NCBI RefSeq assembly: GCF_050250835.1
Contig: NZ_JBFWNX010000019.1
Span: 6,549-70,548 of the forward strand
Origin: Hydrogenophaga sp.
GTDB taxonomy: Bacteria; Pseudomonadota; Gammaproteobacteria; Burkholderiales; Burkholderiaceae_C
Length of the DNA stretch: 64,000 bases
Reading direction: 5' to 3'
The notes under the pieces were generated by a model. It ran no database searches. It was not told the origin of the DNA and was given only the letters and a program-made list of their open reading frames with translations. This document shows, one piece after another, positions 46,234 to 58,257 of this stretch (the first letter of the stretch is position 1; the number at the start of each line of letters is the position of its first letter). Position numbers and translations under genes: made by a program.

Positions 46234-47229
46234 TCAGCCCGTCGCCGCGTCGCTCACCAAGCTTTCTGCGCGCACGTCACCCGTCCACGCGAGCCCGGTG
46301 ACAAACCGCTGCAGCGCGCTTTCCTTGCCCAGCCCCACCCGGTGCTGGTCGCTGAGAAGCGAGTCGATCAGGTCGCTGCTGCCATCCTCACGGCCGATCA
46401 GCAGCGCCACGAGATCGGGCGATTCCTGGCACAGCCGCGACATGCGCGGGTCGTACAGCATGGCGGCATGCAACTTCATGTCGTGCAGGGTGATCGCCCT
46501 TTCCAGGGTGAGCGGCTGAATACCGATGTCGATCACATGCTCCGTGCCGCGGATCGCGGTAGCGGGAGAACGCAGCAGGCCATAGATCTCTCCCCGGATG
46601 TACAGGTGCGCCACCCTCAGCCGTTCTCGCTGGGCCAGCACTTCGCCGGGGTGCCGGATGAACGCCTTCAACGCCTTGACCGCCCCATCTGAACTGCCCA
46701 GCAGCGATTCGATGTCGTTCAGGGCGCGAGCAAAGTCGCCGGGTGCAAGGGCCACCGCACGCAACGGCACCTGCGCGAAAACGGTGCTGGGCTGGTCGAA
46801 CCACACGCTCATGACCGAAGCCAGGCCACCGCCCAGGCCATGGCCGGTGAAGATGATGCGGCTCGGATCACGGCCTCTCTGGAGCACCAGCTGACGCAGC
46901 AGGCCGTAAGTGTGGGTGGCCATCAGCATCGCCTCGGTGAACGAGGCCAGGCCCACGTCCAGCGCCAGGTTGGTCACGAATTCTTCGGCGTCGTCCGATG
47001 CGGTCAGGACGTCGGCTGTGAAGTCCCGCCCGGCAAAGGCAAGTACCGCGTCGCCCTGGACGTTCATGAAGGCTCTGGCATGGAAGCCAGGGGGATCGGG
47101 TTCGAGGGTCAGGTCTGACAGCAAGGACCAGCCTGCCGGCGGCGCAAGGCCATGGGGACCGTCATCATTGATGCAATAGGGATTGCAAACCATCGCCGAC
47201 ATCGCGGCGCATTCCTTTTCCATGGCCAT
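46234..47229 (-). CDS. Lipase-class-3-like alpha/beta hydrolase with GHGLG replacing GHSLG
   Basis: AGGAGG SD; VLAFAG.D, FTGHGLGGGLAS. Confidence 0.65.
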   Translation of the reverse strand: MAMEKECAAMSAMVCNPYCINDDGPHGLAPPAGWSLLSDLTLEPDPPGFHARAFMNVQGDAVLAFAGRDFTADVLTASDDAEEFVTNLALDVGLASFTEAMLMATHTYGLLRQLVLQRGRDPSRIIFTGHGLGGGLASVMSVWFDQPSTVFAQVPLRAVALAPGDFARALNDIESLLGSSDGAVKALKAFIRHPGEVLAQRERLRVAHLYIRGEIYGLLRSPATAIRGTEHVIDIGIQPLTLERAITLHDMKLHAAMLYDPRMSRLCQESPDLVALLIGREDGSSDLIDSLLSDQHRVGLGKESALQRFVTGLAWTGDVRAESLVSDAATG

Positions 47230-47424
47230 GTTTCCTCCTGATCCAGGTCGCCTCAATGGCGGTCTTTTGGGATCGGAGTTTTAGTACAAAAGTGAAAACA
47301 TGTCCATGAAAATTTGTGGGAAAAAGAGGTCATTACGCCTCAAATTCAGACCAATTGGCGTCAGTTGCAGATACGGGGATCAAGCTGCAAATCCCTGGGC
47401 ACCAATTGCATTGGCCAACGCAGG

Positions 47425-48525
47425 TCAACCCAGTGTGCGCAGTGGATGATTTTCAGCCGACCATGGGCTTTCGAAAAATGCAGCGACTTGCGCGGGCGTC
47501 ACATCTTCCAGGCGCGCGGGGTTCCATCGGGGCGCGTGGTCCTTGTCCACCGCCAGGGCGCGAATGCCCTCCACTGTCTCGCTGAGGGCACCGGGGCGCA
47601 GGTGGAAGCAGCGGTGAACCATGTCGCGCTCCATGCGCAGGTCGTCCGCCAGACCCATGCCACGAGCGCGCCGAAGCTGTTCGAGCACCACATGCAGCAT
47701 CAAAGGCGAACGCTCGCGCAGTGTGGCGGCCGTGGTGCGCGCCCAGTCGCTGTCCGTGGTTTCGAGGGCCAGGATGATCTGCACCACATCGGGCAGGCCA
47801 AACACGCGATCCACTTCTTTCACCGGCCAGGTCGCCGGGAGCACGGTGGTGCTGAGGTGGCTGGCGCACCAGCGTTCCACCGAGGCACCGTTTTCGAACG
47901 GCGTCTGCGCGAACGAGGCCCACAGACCCGGCAGGCGACCGGAGTCGATGTAGCCGTCGGCCAGGCCGGCGGTGATCGCTTCCTTGCCGTTGAGCACCCG
48001 CCCGGTGAGCGCCAGGTACTCGCCCAGGCGGCCGGTACAGCGGCTGAGGAAGTACCCCCCACCCACGTCGGGAAACAGGCCGATGTGGGTCTCGGGCATG
48101 GCCAGTTTGCTGCGCTCGGTGACGATGCGCAGGCTCGCTCCCTGGCTGATGCCCATGCCACCACCCATGACGATGCCGTCCATGAAGGCGATGTAGGGCT
48201 TGGGATAGGTGTGGATGAGGTAGTTGAGCGCGTACTCTTCCGTGAAGAAAGCTTCGAGTGCACTGTCACCGGCCAGGGCAGCCTGGTGGAAGAAGCGGAT
48301 GTCGCCACCTGCACAGAAAGCGCCGAAGGGGCCTTCCTTGCTGACGCCGCGCACGGCCACGGCCAGAACCAGGGGATCTTCGCGCCAAGCCTGCAGCGCG
48401 TTCGTGATGGCCCGGATCATCTCGAGCGACAAGGCGTTGAGCGCCTTGGGCCGATGGAGTGTGATGCAGCCGACGCGGCCCTGGATTTCAGCGACGACGA
48501 GGCTTTCGGTGGCGGGGGAATTCAT
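47425..48525 (-). CDS. 3-hydroxyisobutyryl-CoA hydrolase-like enoyl-CoA hydratase family
   Basis: AFCAGGDI, GIVMGGGMG, AMPE..IG.FPDVG. Confidence 0.9.
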   Translation of the reverse strand: MNSPATESLVVAEIQGRVGCITLHRPKALNALSLEMIRAITNALQAWREDPLVLAVAVRGVSKEGPFGAFCAGGDIRFFHQAALAGDSALEAFFTEEYALNYLIHTYPKPYIAFMDGIVMGGGMGISQGASLRIVTERSKLAMPETHIGLFPDVGGGYFLSRCTGRLGEYLALTGRVLNGKEAITAGLADGYIDSGRLPGLWASFAQTPFENGASVERWCASHLSTTVLPATWPVKEVDRVFGLPDVVQIILALETTDSDWARTTAATLRERSPLMLHVVLEQLRRARGMGLADDLRMERDMVHRCFHLRPGALSETVEGIRALAVDKDHAPRWNPARLEDVTPAQVAAFFESPWSAENHPLRTLG

Positions 48526-48554
48526 AAGGGGGTCCGGTTCGGTCGTCGATCAGG

Positions 48555-49562
48555 TCATTGTGTCTGTTTGTCCACCGTCTGGATACGCGGTGTGCCCGTG
48601 CGAGATCGCCAACCCAGCAGCTCATTGAGCATCAGAGCACCAATCACCAGGGCGCCGCCGGTCAGCACTTCGGTGCCAGGCGCCTCACCCGCGCCTACCC
48701 AGGCCAGCAGAATGCCGAAGATGACTTCAAGCAAGGCGAGCAACGAGACCTCGGGCGCTTTCAGCGAACGGGCGCAGACCACCGCCAGCGCACAGGGAAT
48801 GGCCAGTTGCACCAACCCGAGCAGACCGAGCCAGGCCAGGTCCGAACCTGTGGCCGCGAAGGGCAGCGCCAGTGGCAAGGTCATCAGTGAGGACAGCACG
48901 CCACCCAGCAGAACCGAAGGCACCAGGTCGATTTTTTCTCCGTGGGTCTGGCCCCGCTGCACCACCGTCCAGTTGATGGCTCCCGCCACGGGCACACAGA
49001 GTGCGACGAGCGACCCCGCCACCAGCCCACTGGTGTTCACCGAAGGATCGCCGAAGGCGTTCAGGAACTGGCTGCCGTACATGTAAACGATGCCCGCGCC
49101 AGCGGCAAGAATCGCCAGCCAGGTGCGCAGTGCCAACCGCTGGCCCAGGGTCACACGCGCCACCAGCGCGGTGAAGAGCGGCCCCACCGACATGATGATG
49201 AGAACGTTGGCCACGGTGGTGAAGCTCAGCGCCAACATGAACGCGGTGAACATCACGCTCCAGCAGACGCCCGAAATCCAGAACGCTCTGGAACGGGCCA
49301 GCACACCCCAGTGCCGCTCGAGAATGTCCTGTTCGCGGTCGTCAGGAATGAAGCCGGCGGAGCGATCGGCCGCACGCCACCAGGGCAGGATGATCAGCAG
49401 CGACAGCGTGGTGAAGGCGCTGCGCCAGAACGTCACCTCGAAACGCGCCGCTGATTCGAGCTGGCGCGACACCACCCCGGCGATGGACCACATCAGGGTC
49501 ACCGCGACCATCAGGAACACGGCCTGGGTGTGGGTCAGGCGGCTGAGCGAGCGAAACGGCAT
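48555..49562 (-). CDS. DMT/EamA transporter
   Basis: About 10 TM helices, two EamA repeats. Confidence 0.85.
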   Translation of the reverse strand: MPFRSLSRLTHTQAVFLMVAVTLMWSIAGVVSRQLESAARFEVTFWRSAFTTLSLLIILPWWRAADRSAGFIPDDREQDILERHWGVLARSRAFWISGVCWSVMFTAFMLALSFTTVANVLIIMSVGPLFTALVARVTLGQRLALRTWLAILAAGAGIVYMYGSQFLNAFGDPSVNTSGLVAGSLVALCVPVAGAINWTVVQRGQTHGEKIDLVPSVLLGGVLSSLMTLPLALPFAATGSDLAWLGLLGLVQLAIPCALAVVCARSLKAPEVSLLALLEVIFGILLAWVGAGEAPGTEVLTGGALVIGALMLNELLGWRSRTGTPRIQTVDKQTQ

Positions 49563-49659
49563 GGTTCGGAATGAGAAAAAGGGCCGCGGCGCAGGACCGC
49601 CCCGAGCAAGGCCGCGCCCTCAGGGGGCAGCGACCCGCGCAGCGGCGGAGCGTGGGGGC

Positions 49660-51486
49660 TCAAGCCTCGCGGCTGGCGCGCTTGCGGTCGTGTTCCTTCA
49701 AATAACGCTTGCGCAGGCGAATGCTCTTGGGCGTGATCTCCACCAGTTCGTCGTCCTCGATGAACTCCACCCCGTATTCCAGCGTGCACTCGATCGGCGG
49801 CGTGATCTTGATCGCGTCTTCCTTGCCGCTGACGCGAAAGTTGGTGAGCTGCTTGGTACGGGTGGCATTGACCACGAGGTCGTTGTCACGGTTGTGGATG
49901 CCAACGATCATGCCTTCGTACACCGGATCACCGGCGCGCACGAACATGCGACCGCGGTCGTCGAGCTTGCCCAGTGCATAGGTGAAGATTTCACCGTCGT
50001 CCATGGAAATCAGCACGCCGTTCTTGCGGCTGCCGATCTCACCTTTGTGAGGCTCGTAGCCATCGAAGATGTTGGCGATCAGGCCAGAGCCGCGCGTCAG
50101 GTTCAGGAATTCGTTGGTGAAACCGATCAGGCCACGCGCCGGAATGCGGTACTCCAGGCGCACGCGGCCACGGCCATCGGGCTCCATGTTGACCAACTCG
50201 CCCTTGCGCTCGCCCAGTGCCTGCATCACGCCCCCCTGGTGCTGCTCCTCGATGTCGGCCGTCACCAGCTCGATCGGCTCGTGGCGCTCACCGTCGACGT
50301 CGCGGAACACCACGCGCGGCTTGGACACCGCCAGTTCATAGCCCTCCCGACGCATGTTTTCCAGCAGGATGGTCAGGTGAAGTTCACCGCGACCCATCAC
50401 CTCGAAGATGCCGTCCTCGCTGGTTTCCTTGACACGCAGCGCCACGTTGCTCTGAAGTTCCTTCTGCAACCGGTCCCACACCTGGCGGCTGGTCACGTAC
50501 TTGCCCTCGCGGCCTGCCAGCGGACTGGTGTTCACGCAGAAGTTCATGGTCAGTGTCGGCTCGTCGATCTTGAGCATGGGCAGCGGCGTGGGGTTCAATG
50601 GGTCTGTCACGGTCACGCCAATCCCGATGTCGGCGATGCCGTTGATCAGCACGATGTCTCCCGGGCCTGCTTCGGTGACCTGCACACGGTCCAGGCCACG
50701 GAACGTGAGCACCTGGTTGACGCGCCCTTTGACGGACTTGCCGTCCGGACCTTCCATCACCACGACGTCCATCATGGGCTTGATGGTGCCAGCGCTGATG
50801 CGGCCCACGCCGATGCGCCCCACGAAGGTGGAGAAATCGAGCGCGGAGATCTGGAGTTGAAGCGGAGCCGCCGGATCGCCCTTCTGCGCCGGCACGTGCT
50901 TGAGCACGGTGTCAAAAAGGGCCGACATGTCGGGTCCCCACTGTTCACCCGGAGCACCCTCCTCCAGCGAGGTCCAGCCGTTGATGCCAGAGGCGTAGAC
51001 CACGGGGAAGTCCAGCTGTTCGTCGGTGGCGCCCAGTTTGTCAAACAGGTCGAACGCGGCGTTCACCACATGCTGCGGGCGGGCGCCTGGCTTGTCGACC
51101 TTGTTCACCACCACGATGGGCTTCAGACCCAGGGCCAACGCCTTCTTGGTCACGAAACGCGTCTGGGGCATGGGGCCTTCCTGCGCGTCGATCAACAACA
51201 CCACACCGTCCACCATGGACAGGGCGCGCTCCACTTCGCCGCCGAAATCCGCGTGCCCGGGTGTGTCGACGATGTTGATGTGCGTGCCTTCCCAGCTCAC
51301 AGCGCAGTTCTTGGCCAGGATGGTGATGCCACGCTCGCGTTCGATGGCGTTGTTGTCCATCACGGTGTCGACGACCTTCTCGTGCTCGGCAAACGTGCCG
51401 GACTGGCGCAGAAGCTGATCGACCATGGTGGTCTTGCCATGGTCCACGTGGGCAATGATGGCGATGTTGCGGATTTGTTTGCTCAT
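49660..51486 (-). CDS. typA: Translational GTPase TypA/BipA
   Basis: [30 protein letters not shown]. Confidence 0.97.
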   Translation of the reverse strand: MSKQIRNIAIIAHVDHGKTTMVDQLLRQSGTFAEHEKVVDTVMDNNAIERERGITILAKNCAVSWEGTHINIVDTPGHADFGGEVERALSMVDGVVLLIDAQEGPMPQTRFVTKKALALGLKPIVVVNKVDKPGARPQHVVNAAFDLFDKLGATDEQLDFPVVYASGINGWTSLEEGAPGEQWGPDMSALFDTVLKHVPAQKGDPAAPLQLQISALDFSTFVGRIGVGRISAGTIKPMMDVVVMEGPDGKSVKGRVNQVLTFRGLDRVQVTEAGPGDIVLINGIADIGIGVTVTDPLNPTPLPMLKIDEPTLTMNFCVNTSPLAGREGKYVTSRQVWDRLQKELQSNVALRVKETSEDGIFEVMGRGELHLTILLENMRREGYELAVSKPRVVFRDVDGERHEPIELVTADIEEQHQGGVMQALGERKGELVNMEPDGRGRVRLEYRIPARGLIGFTNEFLNLTRGSGLIANIFDGYEPHKGEIGSRKNGVLISMDDGEIFTYALGKLDDRGRMFVRAGDPVYEGMIVGIHNRDNDLVVNATRTKQLTNFRVSGKEDAIKITPPIECTLEYGVEFIEDDELVEITPKSIRLRKRYLKEHDRKRASREA

Positions 51487-52466
51487 GTTGCGGTTTCCGG
51501 TGAGGTTTCCTGGATTTGTCGAATGTCGGTGGGGCTCAAGAGACGCCCCGCAATGAGTTCGCCCGCGCGGACGTGGGCTGTGCCCAGCAGCGCGGGGGGC
51601 AAGCCGTCGTCGGGACACGGGCCGAAGACGGCGATTTGATCGCTATCGGGCCAGTCGCCACGTCGGCGAAGGCCACTGAGGAAGCGCCCCGCATCTTCGG
51701 CACCGAGCGCGATGACGGTATGGTTTTCGAGCAGGGTGTGCACCGGTCGCAGCAGCGCCAGACGATCCGTCTCGTCCATCGCCTCCAAGGCCTGCAGCGT
51801 GGTGCATTGCGATTCATGGAAGGCGCCGGTCGCGGTACGCCGCAGGCGCGTGAGGTGGCCTCCGCAGCCCAGGGCTTCACCAATGTCTTCGCCCAGCGTC
51901 CGGATGTAGGTGCCCTTGCTGCAACGCACGCGCAGGCTGATCTCTGGCTCATCGCCTTGCAGCCTCAGGTCCAGCAGCTCCAGATCGTGGATCACCACCT
52001 GCCGTGGCTCTCGCTCCAAGACTTCGCCCTCGCGTGCGTATTCATAGAGCGCTTTGCCATCCCTCTTGAGGGCGCTGTGCATCGGCGGCACCTGGCTGAT
52101 CGGACCCATGAAACGATCCAGCACCTCCACCACCTCGCCGGCCGTACAGGTGACTTCGCGCGTCTGCACCAAGTCGCCCTCGGCATCGCCGGTGCTGGTC
52201 TTCTGCCCTAGGCGCACCGTGGTTTCATAGGTTTTGTCAGCGTCCAGGTGAATCTGGCTGAACTTGGTGGCCGCGCCAAAGCACAGCGGCAGCACGCCAC
52301 TGGCCAATGGATCGAGCGTGCCGGTGTGGCCAGCCTTCTCGGCGCGCAACAGCCATTTGGCTTTTTGCAAAGCCTGGTTGCTGGAGAGTCCCAGCGGTTT
52401 GTCCAGCAGCAGCACCCCATGCACAGGGCGCCGTTGCACCCTGGTGCGTGGCGCGTCCATGCTCAT
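51483..52466 (-). CDS. truB: tRNA pseudouridine(55) synthase
   Basis: [24 protein letters not shown]. Confidence 0.96.
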   Translation of the reverse strand: MSMDAPRTRVQRRPVHGVLLLDKPLGLSSNQALQKAKWLLRAEKAGHTGTLDPLASGVLPLCFGAATKFSQIHLDADKTYETTVRLGQKTSTGDAEGDLVQTREVTCTAGEVVEVLDRFMGPISQVPPMHSALKRDGKALYEYAREGEVLEREPRQVVIHDLELLDLRLQGDEPEISLRVRCSKGTYIRTLGEDIGEALGCGGHLTRLRRTATGAFHESQCTTLQALEAMDETDRLALLRPVHTLLENHTVIALGAEDAGRFLSGLRRRGDWPDSDQIAVFGPCPDDGLPPALLGTAHVRAGELIAGRLLSPTDIRQIQETSPETAT

Positions 52467-52834
52467 TCTTCCTTTGAACGGGAGGAAACGGCCTTGGAAA
52501 TCAAGGCGTTCATGTCGGCCGCACGCTCGGTCGTGCGATCAAAGACAAAGTGCAGCGTGGGCACAGTGTGAATGTGCAGGCGCTTGAAGAGACCACTGCG
52601 CAGGAATCCCGCCGCCGCATTGAGGCCCAGCTGGGTCTCCTCTGCGTCGCCGGTGAGCAGGCTGAAGAACACCTTGGCATGCGCGTAGTCGGGCGTCACC
52701 TCCACCGCATTGATGGTCACCATGCCCACCCGTGGGTCTTTGAGCTCGCGCGCAATCAGCTCGGCCAGATCGCGCTGGATCTGGTCGGCCACGCGGAATC
52801 CGCGGTTGGGGGTGGATGAAGCCTTGCGGGGCAT
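52463..52834 (-). CDS. rbfA: Ribosome-binding factor A
   Basis: [21 protein letters not shown]. Confidence 0.95.
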   Translation of the reverse strand: MPRKASSTPNRGFRVADQIQRDLAELIARELKDPRVGMVTINAVEVTPDYAHAKVFFSLLTGDAEETQLGLNAAAGFLRSGLFKRLHIHTVPTLHFVFDRTTERAADMNALISKAVSSRSKEE

Positions 52835-52852
52835 GATGGATCGGCCTCGCGC

Positions 52853-55717
52853 TTACAGCGTGCGGGCCACTTCCTTGACCTCGAAGAACTCCAGCTGATC
52901 ACCTTCCTTGATGTCGTTGTAGTTCTTGAGCTTGATACCGCACTCGAAGCCTTCCTTGACTTCGCGCACGTCGTCCTTGAGGCGCTTGAGTGTGTCGATC
53001 TCGCCGGTGTAGACCACCACGTTCTCACGCAACAGACGGAAATGCGCATTGCGTGTGACCATGCCGGAAGTGACCATGCAGCCGGCCACCGTGCCGATCT
53101 TGGAGGCCACGAAAACCGTTCGGATCTCGGCCGAACCAATGACCTCTTCGCGCTTCTCGGGCGCCAGCATGCCGGACATGGCGGCCTTCAGCTCGTCCAC
53201 CGCGTCGTAGATGATGTTGTAGTAGCGCAGGTCGACGTCGTTGCCTTCGGCCAGCTTGCGCGCACCCACGTCAGCCCGAACGTTGAAACCGATGACGACC
53301 GCTTTGGAGGCGATCGCCAGGTTGACATCGGACTCGCTGATGCCGCCGACGCCGGCAAACACGAGCTGCACCTTGACCTCTTCGGTCGAGAGCTTGAGCA
53401 GCGAAGCAGACAGGGCTTCCTGGGAACCTTGCACATCGGCCTTGACGATGATGGGCAACACCTTGACTTCGCCAGCGCTCATGTCGGAGAACATGTTCTC
53501 CAGCTTGGCTGCCTGCTGCTTGGCCAGCTTGGTGTTGCGGAACTTGCCTGCCCGGTAGGTGGCAATCTCGCGCGCACGGCGCTCGTCCGTCATCACCATG
53601 AAGTCGTCACCAGCTTGCGGCACTTCCGACAGGCCCTGGATCTCCACGGGAATCGACGGCCCGGCGGTCTTGATGGGTTTGCCGTTTTCATCCAGCATCG
53701 CGCGCACGCGGCCGGAGGTCTGTCCCACCAGGATCACGTCGCCGGTCTTGAGCGTGCCGCTTTGAACCAGCACGGTGGCCACGGCACCGCGACCCTTGTC
53801 CAGGCGCGCTTCGATCACCAGGCCTTTGGCCATGGCATCGACAGGCGCCTTGAGTTCGAGCACCTCGGCCTGCAGCAGCACCTGTTCGAGCAAGGCATCC
53901 ACGCCCTCACCGGTCTTGGCGGAAACGCCGACGAAGGGCGTATCTCCACCGAATTCTTCAGGCACGACCTCTTCGGCGATCAGCTCGGAGCGCACGCGCT
54001 CCAGGTTGATGCCAGGCTTGTCGATCTTGGTCAGTGCGACCACGATGGGCACACCCGCCGCCTTCGCGTGCTTGATGGCTTCCCTGGTCTGGGGCATGAC
54101 ACCGTCGTCGGCCGCGCAAACCAGAATGACAATGTCGGTCGCCTGCGCACCCCGCGCACGCATGGCGGTGAACGCCTCGTGACCGGGCGTGTCCAGGAAC
54201 GAAATCATGCCGCGCTCGGTCTCGACGTGGTAGGCCCCGATGTGCTGCGTGATGCCACCCGCCTCGCCAGCAGCCACTTTGGCGCGGCGAATGTAGTCCA
54301 GCAGCGAGGTCTTGCCGTGGTCCACGTGGCCCATGACGGTGACCACGGGTGCGCGCGGCATCGACTCCACCTGGTCGTGCGAGGCTTCCTCGTCGGTAAA
54401 GGCTTCCGGGTCGTCCAGTGCGGCCACGATGGCCTTGTGGCCCAGCTCTTCCACCACGATCATGGCGGTGTCCTGGTCCAGCGGCTGGTTGATGGTGACC
54501 ATCTGCCCCAGCTTCATCAACTGCTTGATCACCTCGGACGATTTCAGACTCATCTTGTGCGCCAGTTCGGCCACGGTGATGGTCTCGGGCACGTGCACCT
54601 CAATGGCCTTGAACTCGGTGGGTGCCACAAAGCCGCTCTGGCCTGCGTCGCGCGAATCGCGATCGTTGCGGCGACCGCGCGGACCGCCACGCCAGTTGGA
54701 ACGCCCGGCGCTCGTGTCGCCACGGGTCTTGATTTCCTTCTTCTTGGCCGCGTCGTCCTTCCAGGTGGAAGAGAGGTTCTCGGATTTGACTTCCTTCTTG
54801 CCAGCCGCGCCTGCGGCAGCGGCGGCCGTGGTTGCGGCGCCGGGGGCCTTGACAGGCGTGCCTGCTGGCTTGTGCAGCGTACCCTTGATGCCCGCCTTGG
54901 GATCGGGCGTGGGCTCGGGCTTCTTGGCCACCAGGGTGCGGGCCGGAGCGGACATCATGGCGCGGATGTTGGCCGCTTCCGATTCGGCCTTGCGACGGCG
55001 CGCTTCGAGGTCCTGCGCACGCAGATCGTCGGCACGCTTGGTCTCGGCGTTGCGGTCGGCAATCACACGGGCGGCCGACTCGCGTTCGAGCGAAGCGGTC
55101 TTGGCTTTGGCGTCGTTGCTGACGCGTTCGGCGATGGCTTCTGCAGCGGTCTCCGCGGGAGAAACCTTGGCGGCCTCGCGGGCAGCGCTCTCAGCCGCCT
55201 CCGCAGCGGCACGCTCCTGGTCGGCCTGCGCTTGCGCATCGCGAGCTTCCTGAGCTTCACGGGCCTGGCGCTTCTGGTTGAACTCTTCTTCCTGACGGCG
55301 CAGGAGCTCGGCCTGGCGCTGAGCATCCGCCTCGCGGCGCGCGAGCTCTTCCTTGTCGACGACGGGCGCAGCGGCCACGGGCTCGGCCACCGCTGGCTCA
55401 GGCACGGCTACCTCGTCATCGCGCTTGATGAAGGTGCGCTTCTTGCGGACCTCCACCTGAATGGTGCGCGCACGCCCCGTCGCGTCGGCCTGCTTGATTT
55501 CAGAGGTCGATTTCTTGACGAGGGTGATCTTCTTGCGCTCGCCGCCGGCCGTGCCGTGGCTGGCCTTGAGGTGGCCCAGCAGCGACTGTTTGTCAGATTC
55601 GGTGACCGAATCGGTCCCGGTGGTCTTGGGCACTCCGGCTGCTGCGAGTTGCTCCAGCAGGACGGAAGTGGGCTTGTTCAGCTCGGCAGCCAATTCGGCG
55701 ACGGTGGTACTGGTCAT
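52853..55717 (-). CDS. infB: Translation initiation factor IF-2
   Basis: [24 protein letters not shown]. Confidence 0.97.
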   Translation of the reverse strand: MTSTTVAELAAELNKPTSVLLEQLAAAGVPKTTGTDSVTESDKQSLLGHLKASHGTAGGERKKITLVKKSTSEIKQADATGRARTIQVEVRKKRTFIKRDDEVAVPEPAVAEPVAAAPVVDKEELARREADAQRQAELLRRQEEEFNQKRQAREAQEARDAQAQADQERAAAEAAESAAREAAKVSPAETAAEAIAERVSNDAKAKTASLERESAARVIADRNAETKRADDLRAQDLEARRRKAESEAANIRAMMSAPARTLVAKKPEPTPDPKAGIKGTLHKPAGTPVKAPGAATTAAAAAGAAGKKEVKSENLSSTWKDDAAKKKEIKTRGDTSAGRSNWRGGPRGRRNDRDSRDAGQSGFVAPTEFKAIEVHVPETITVAELAHKMSLKSSEVIKQLMKLGQMVTINQPLDQDTAMIVVEELGHKAIVAALDDPEAFTDEEASHDQVESMPRAPVVTVMGHVDHGKTSLLDYIRRAKVAAGEAGGITQHIGAYHVETERGMISFLDTPGHEAFTAMRARGAQATDIVILVCAADDGVMPQTREAIKHAKAAGVPIVVALTKIDKPGINLERVRSELIAEEVVPEEFGGDTPFVGVSAKTGEGVDALLEQVLLQAEVLELKAPVDAMAKGLVIEARLDKGRGAVATVLVQSGTLKTGDVILVGQTSGRVRAMLDENGKPIKTAGPSIPVEIQGLSEVPQAGDDFMVMTDERRAREIATYRAGKFRNTKLAKQQAAKLENMFSDMSAGEVKVLPIIVKADVQGSQEALSASLLKLSTEEVKVQLVFAGVGGISESDVNLAIASKAVVIGFNVRADVGARKLAEGNDVDLRYYNIIYDAVDELKAAMSGMLAPEKREEVIGSAEIRTVFVASKIGTVAGCMVTSGMVTRNAHFRLLRENVVVYTGEIDTLKRLKDDVREVKEGFECGIKLKNYNDIKEGDQLEFFEVKEVARTL

Positions 55718-55748
55718 GGGTTCTTTTCTCCGCTGGGGCCTCCGCTGG

Positions 55749-57248
55749 TCAGGTCGTGGATTGCGCTTCGTCACCGGTGAACCAGTGCGCGCGTGCCAGC
55801 ATGATCAGCGCCGTGGCCTCTTCAGGCGTCAGTGCGGTGATATCGGTGAGTTCGTCGGTGGCCAGATCGGCCAGCTCGTCGCGGGTGTGGATGCCTGCAT
55901 CGGCCAGCTTGGCGATGAGTTCGGGCGTCACGCCTTCGAGATCGCGCAGATTCTGCGAGACTTCCTCGACGCTCTCCTCCCGGGCGATTTCCATGGTGAG
56001 CAAGGCGTCCTTGGCACGGGTGCGCAGCTCGTTGACCGTGTCTTCGTCAAAGGATTCGATCTCCAGCATCTCTTGCAGCGGCACATAGGCCACTTCTTCG
56101 AGGCTGGTGAAGCCTTCTTCGATCAGGATGTCGGCGATTTCCTGGTCCACGTCCAGCTTGGCCATGAACACCTTGCGAATCCCGTCAGCCTCTTCGGCCT
56201 GCTTCTGAGCCGACTCGTCGGCCGTCATGATGTTGATTCGCCAGCCGGTCAGCTCGGAGGCGAGGCGCACATTCTGGCCCCCACGCCCAATGGCGATGGC
56301 CAGGTTTTCCTCGTCGACCACCACATCCATGGCGTGACGCTCTTCATCCACCACGATGGAGACCACGTTGGCGGGTGCCAGGGCGCCAATGACGAACTGC
56401 GCCGGATCTTCTGACCACAGCACGATGTCCACCCGTTCACCGGCGAGCTCGTTGGTCACGCCGTTGACGCGCGAACCGCGCACGCCGACACAAGTGCCGA
56501 TGGGGTCGATGCGGCGGTCGTTGCTGTGCACTGCGATCTTGGCACGTGAACCAGGGTCGCGGGCGCAAGTCTTGATCTCCAGCAGGCCCTGCTCGATCTC
56601 GGGCACTTCCTGGCGGAAGAGTTCGATCATGAAAGCCGGGGCCGAGCGCGACAGCAGGATGGGCGCGCCGCGCAGCGTGAGGTCAACGTCCATGATCATG
56701 GCTCGAACGCGATCGCCGGTGCGGAAGTTTTCCTTCGGGATCATCTCGCTGCGCTTCAAGCGCCCTTCGACGCGGCCGCTCTCGACGATCAGGTCGCCCT
56801 TGTCCATGCGCTTGACGGTGCCGACGAAGATCTTGTCGCCACGGGACATGAAGTCGTTGAGCAGCATCTCACGCTCGGCGTCGCGGATCTTCTGCAGGAT
56901 CACCTGCTTGGCCGCCATGGCGCCAATGCGGCCGATCGGCACGCTCTCGACCGGCTTCTCGATGTAGTCGCCTTCTTCGATGTCGGCGAGTTCATCGCGC
57001 GCATCGGTCAGCAGCTCTTCGGCGTCCGGATTCTGCAGGCCCGCTTCGTCGGGCACCACCAGCCAGCGCCGGAAGGTTTCATAGGCGCCGGTGTCCGGGT
57101 CCATGGCAACGCGGATGTCCACATCACCCTTGTAGAGTTTCTTGGTGGCCGAGGCCAAAGCCAGCTCCACTGCGCCGAGTACCACGTCGCGCTCGACGTT
57201 TTTCTCGCGCGAGATGGCATCAATCAGCATCAACATTTCGCGGTTCAT
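55749..57248 (-). CDS. nusA: Transcription factor NusA
   Basis: S1/KH domains, [22 protein letters not shown], acidic repeats. Confidence 0.97.
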   Translation of the reverse strand: MNREMLMLIDAISREKNVERDVVLGAVELALASATKKLYKGDVDIRVAMDPDTGAYETFRRWLVVPDEAGLQNPDAEELLTDARDELADIEEGDYIEKPVESVPIGRIGAMAAKQVILQKIRDAEREMLLNDFMSRGDKIFVGTVKRMDKGDLIVESGRVEGRLKRSEMIPKENFRTGDRVRAMIMDVDLTLRGAPILLSRSAPAFMIELFRQEVPEIEQGLLEIKTCARDPGSRAKIAVHSNDRRIDPIGTCVGVRGSRVNGVTNELAGERVDIVLWSEDPAQFVIGALAPANVVSIVVDEERHAMDVVVDEENLAIAIGRGGQNVRLASELTGWRINIMTADESAQKQAEEADGIRKVFMAKLDVDQEIADILIEEGFTSLEEVAYVPLQEMLEIESFDEDTVNELRTRAKDALLTMEIAREESVEEVSQNLRDLEGVTPELIAKLADAGIHTRDELADLATDELTDITALTPEEATALIMLARAHWFTGDEAQSTT

Positions 57249-57283
57249 TTCACTCGCCCACCTTTCCAATTAGCAAGTCCTGT

Positions 57284-57904
57284 TCAGGACGCTTGAGTTC
57301 CATCATTTGCATCTGTCTGCGGCGCCAAGGCCGCACCCGGAGACCTTCGTCCCTTGAAATCCACGATCGGCGCCAATCGCGCCTGCTGGACGTCGTCCAG
57401 CGAAAACTGCATGGCCTGCATCGGCACAGGTGCGCGTTTCTTGCTTACCCGCTGCCCCGGCCTGGGTTCCGGCGCATCGCTCCAGACCACCTGCCACTGC
57501 GCACCATCGACACGCTCGAGCGTGCCTCTAAATTTCTTGCGATTGGCCGCCACATCGGTACCGGTCACGCCAATCGGCGCTTTCAGCGTCAGGTCCACCA
57601 CGTGGCCCTCGAACCGCACGTAGTCGATTTCGCGCTTGAGCGGGCGGTCGATGCCGGGTGAGCCGACTTCCAGGCGCCGGTATTCCAGACCCTCGACCTC
57701 CAGCAGGTAGTGCAACTGGCGCGTGACCTTCTCGCAATCCTCGACCGTGACGAATCGCTCCACCGGGGCCGGCCGGCCTTCTTCGGGCTGCTCCCATGGG
57801 TAGTCGATGGTGACCCGCAGCAAACCACCGGCGGAGCGTTCGAGCTCCACCAGGTCCAATCCCAGTCCGGTGACGGTTTGCTCTACGGTTTCTTGCCAGG
57901 CCAT
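57284..57904 (-). CDS. rimP: Ribosome maturation factor RimP
   Basis: VEDCEKV, LEVGSPGIDRPL. Confidence 0.93.
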   Translation of the reverse strand: MAWQETVEQTVTGLGLDLVELERSAGGLLRVTIDYPWEQPEEGRPAPVERFVTVEDCEKVTRQLHYLLEVEGLEYRRLEVGSPGIDRPLKREIDYVRFEGHVVDLTLKAPIGVTGTDVAANRKKFRGTLERVDGAQWQVVWSDAPEPRPGQRVSKKRAPVPMQAMQFSLDDVQQARLAPIVDFKGRRSPGAALAPQTDANDGTQAS

Positions 57905-57937
57905 TGTTGTGGTGTCGGTCCTAAAAAGCGTTCGGCC

Positions 57938-57970
57938 AAAAAAAATGGGCCGGTAGTTACCCGCCCATTT
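57938..57970 (-). terminator. Intrinsic terminator in the rimP 5' leader
   Basis: Minus strand AAATGGGC-GGGTAACTACCG-GCCCATTT continuing into a T8 run. Confidence 0.7.
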
Positions 57971-57985
57971 GGTCGTGAAGCTCGC

Positions 57986-58014
57986 ATTGTAACGCTGATA
58001 CCCCCCTCTTGCAA
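57986..58014 (-). promoter_or_regulatory. Sigma70 promoter TTGCAA-N17-TACAAT for rimP-nusA-infB
   Basis: Plus strand ATTGTA 57986-91, TTGCAA 58009-14. Confidence 0.65.
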
Positions 58015-58032
58015 CCAGACTGCCAGCGTATT

Positions 58033-58254
58033 TCACATGCCCAGAATCCACTGGATCACGCTCTTGGCAAGAAATCCGAGCATGCCGAAAGACAGCACCA
58101 GGAAGAGCACGAAGGTGCCGAATTTCCCGGCCTTGGACTCACGGGCCAGATTGAAGACGATGAACAACATGTAGAGGATGAACGCCCCGACGCCGAACGT
58201 GAGGCCGAACTGGGCGATCTGGCCCTCCGTGAAGCCGAAGACGGTGGGCTCCAT
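58033..58254 (-). CDS. DUF2788 small membrane protein
   Basis: FIVFNLARESKAGKFGT motif. Confidence 0.8.
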   Translation of the reverse strand: MEPTVFGFTEGQIAQFGLTFGVGAFILYMLFIVFNLARESKAGKFGTFVLFLVLSFGMLGFLAKSVIQWILGM

Positions 58255-58257
58255 GGC

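Noticed and set aside
44372-47424. tmRNA (ssrA) near smpB
   Set aside because: No GGGG..ACCA tRNA-like ends or tag reading frame recognised in any intergenic space
52830-52857. CTTACA near the infB end
   Set aside because: No matching -10; overlaps the infB stop region
53042-55780. 912-aa plus-strand ORF (and similar long ORFs opposite typA, guaB and cusA)
   Set aside because: Antisense shadows of well-supported genes
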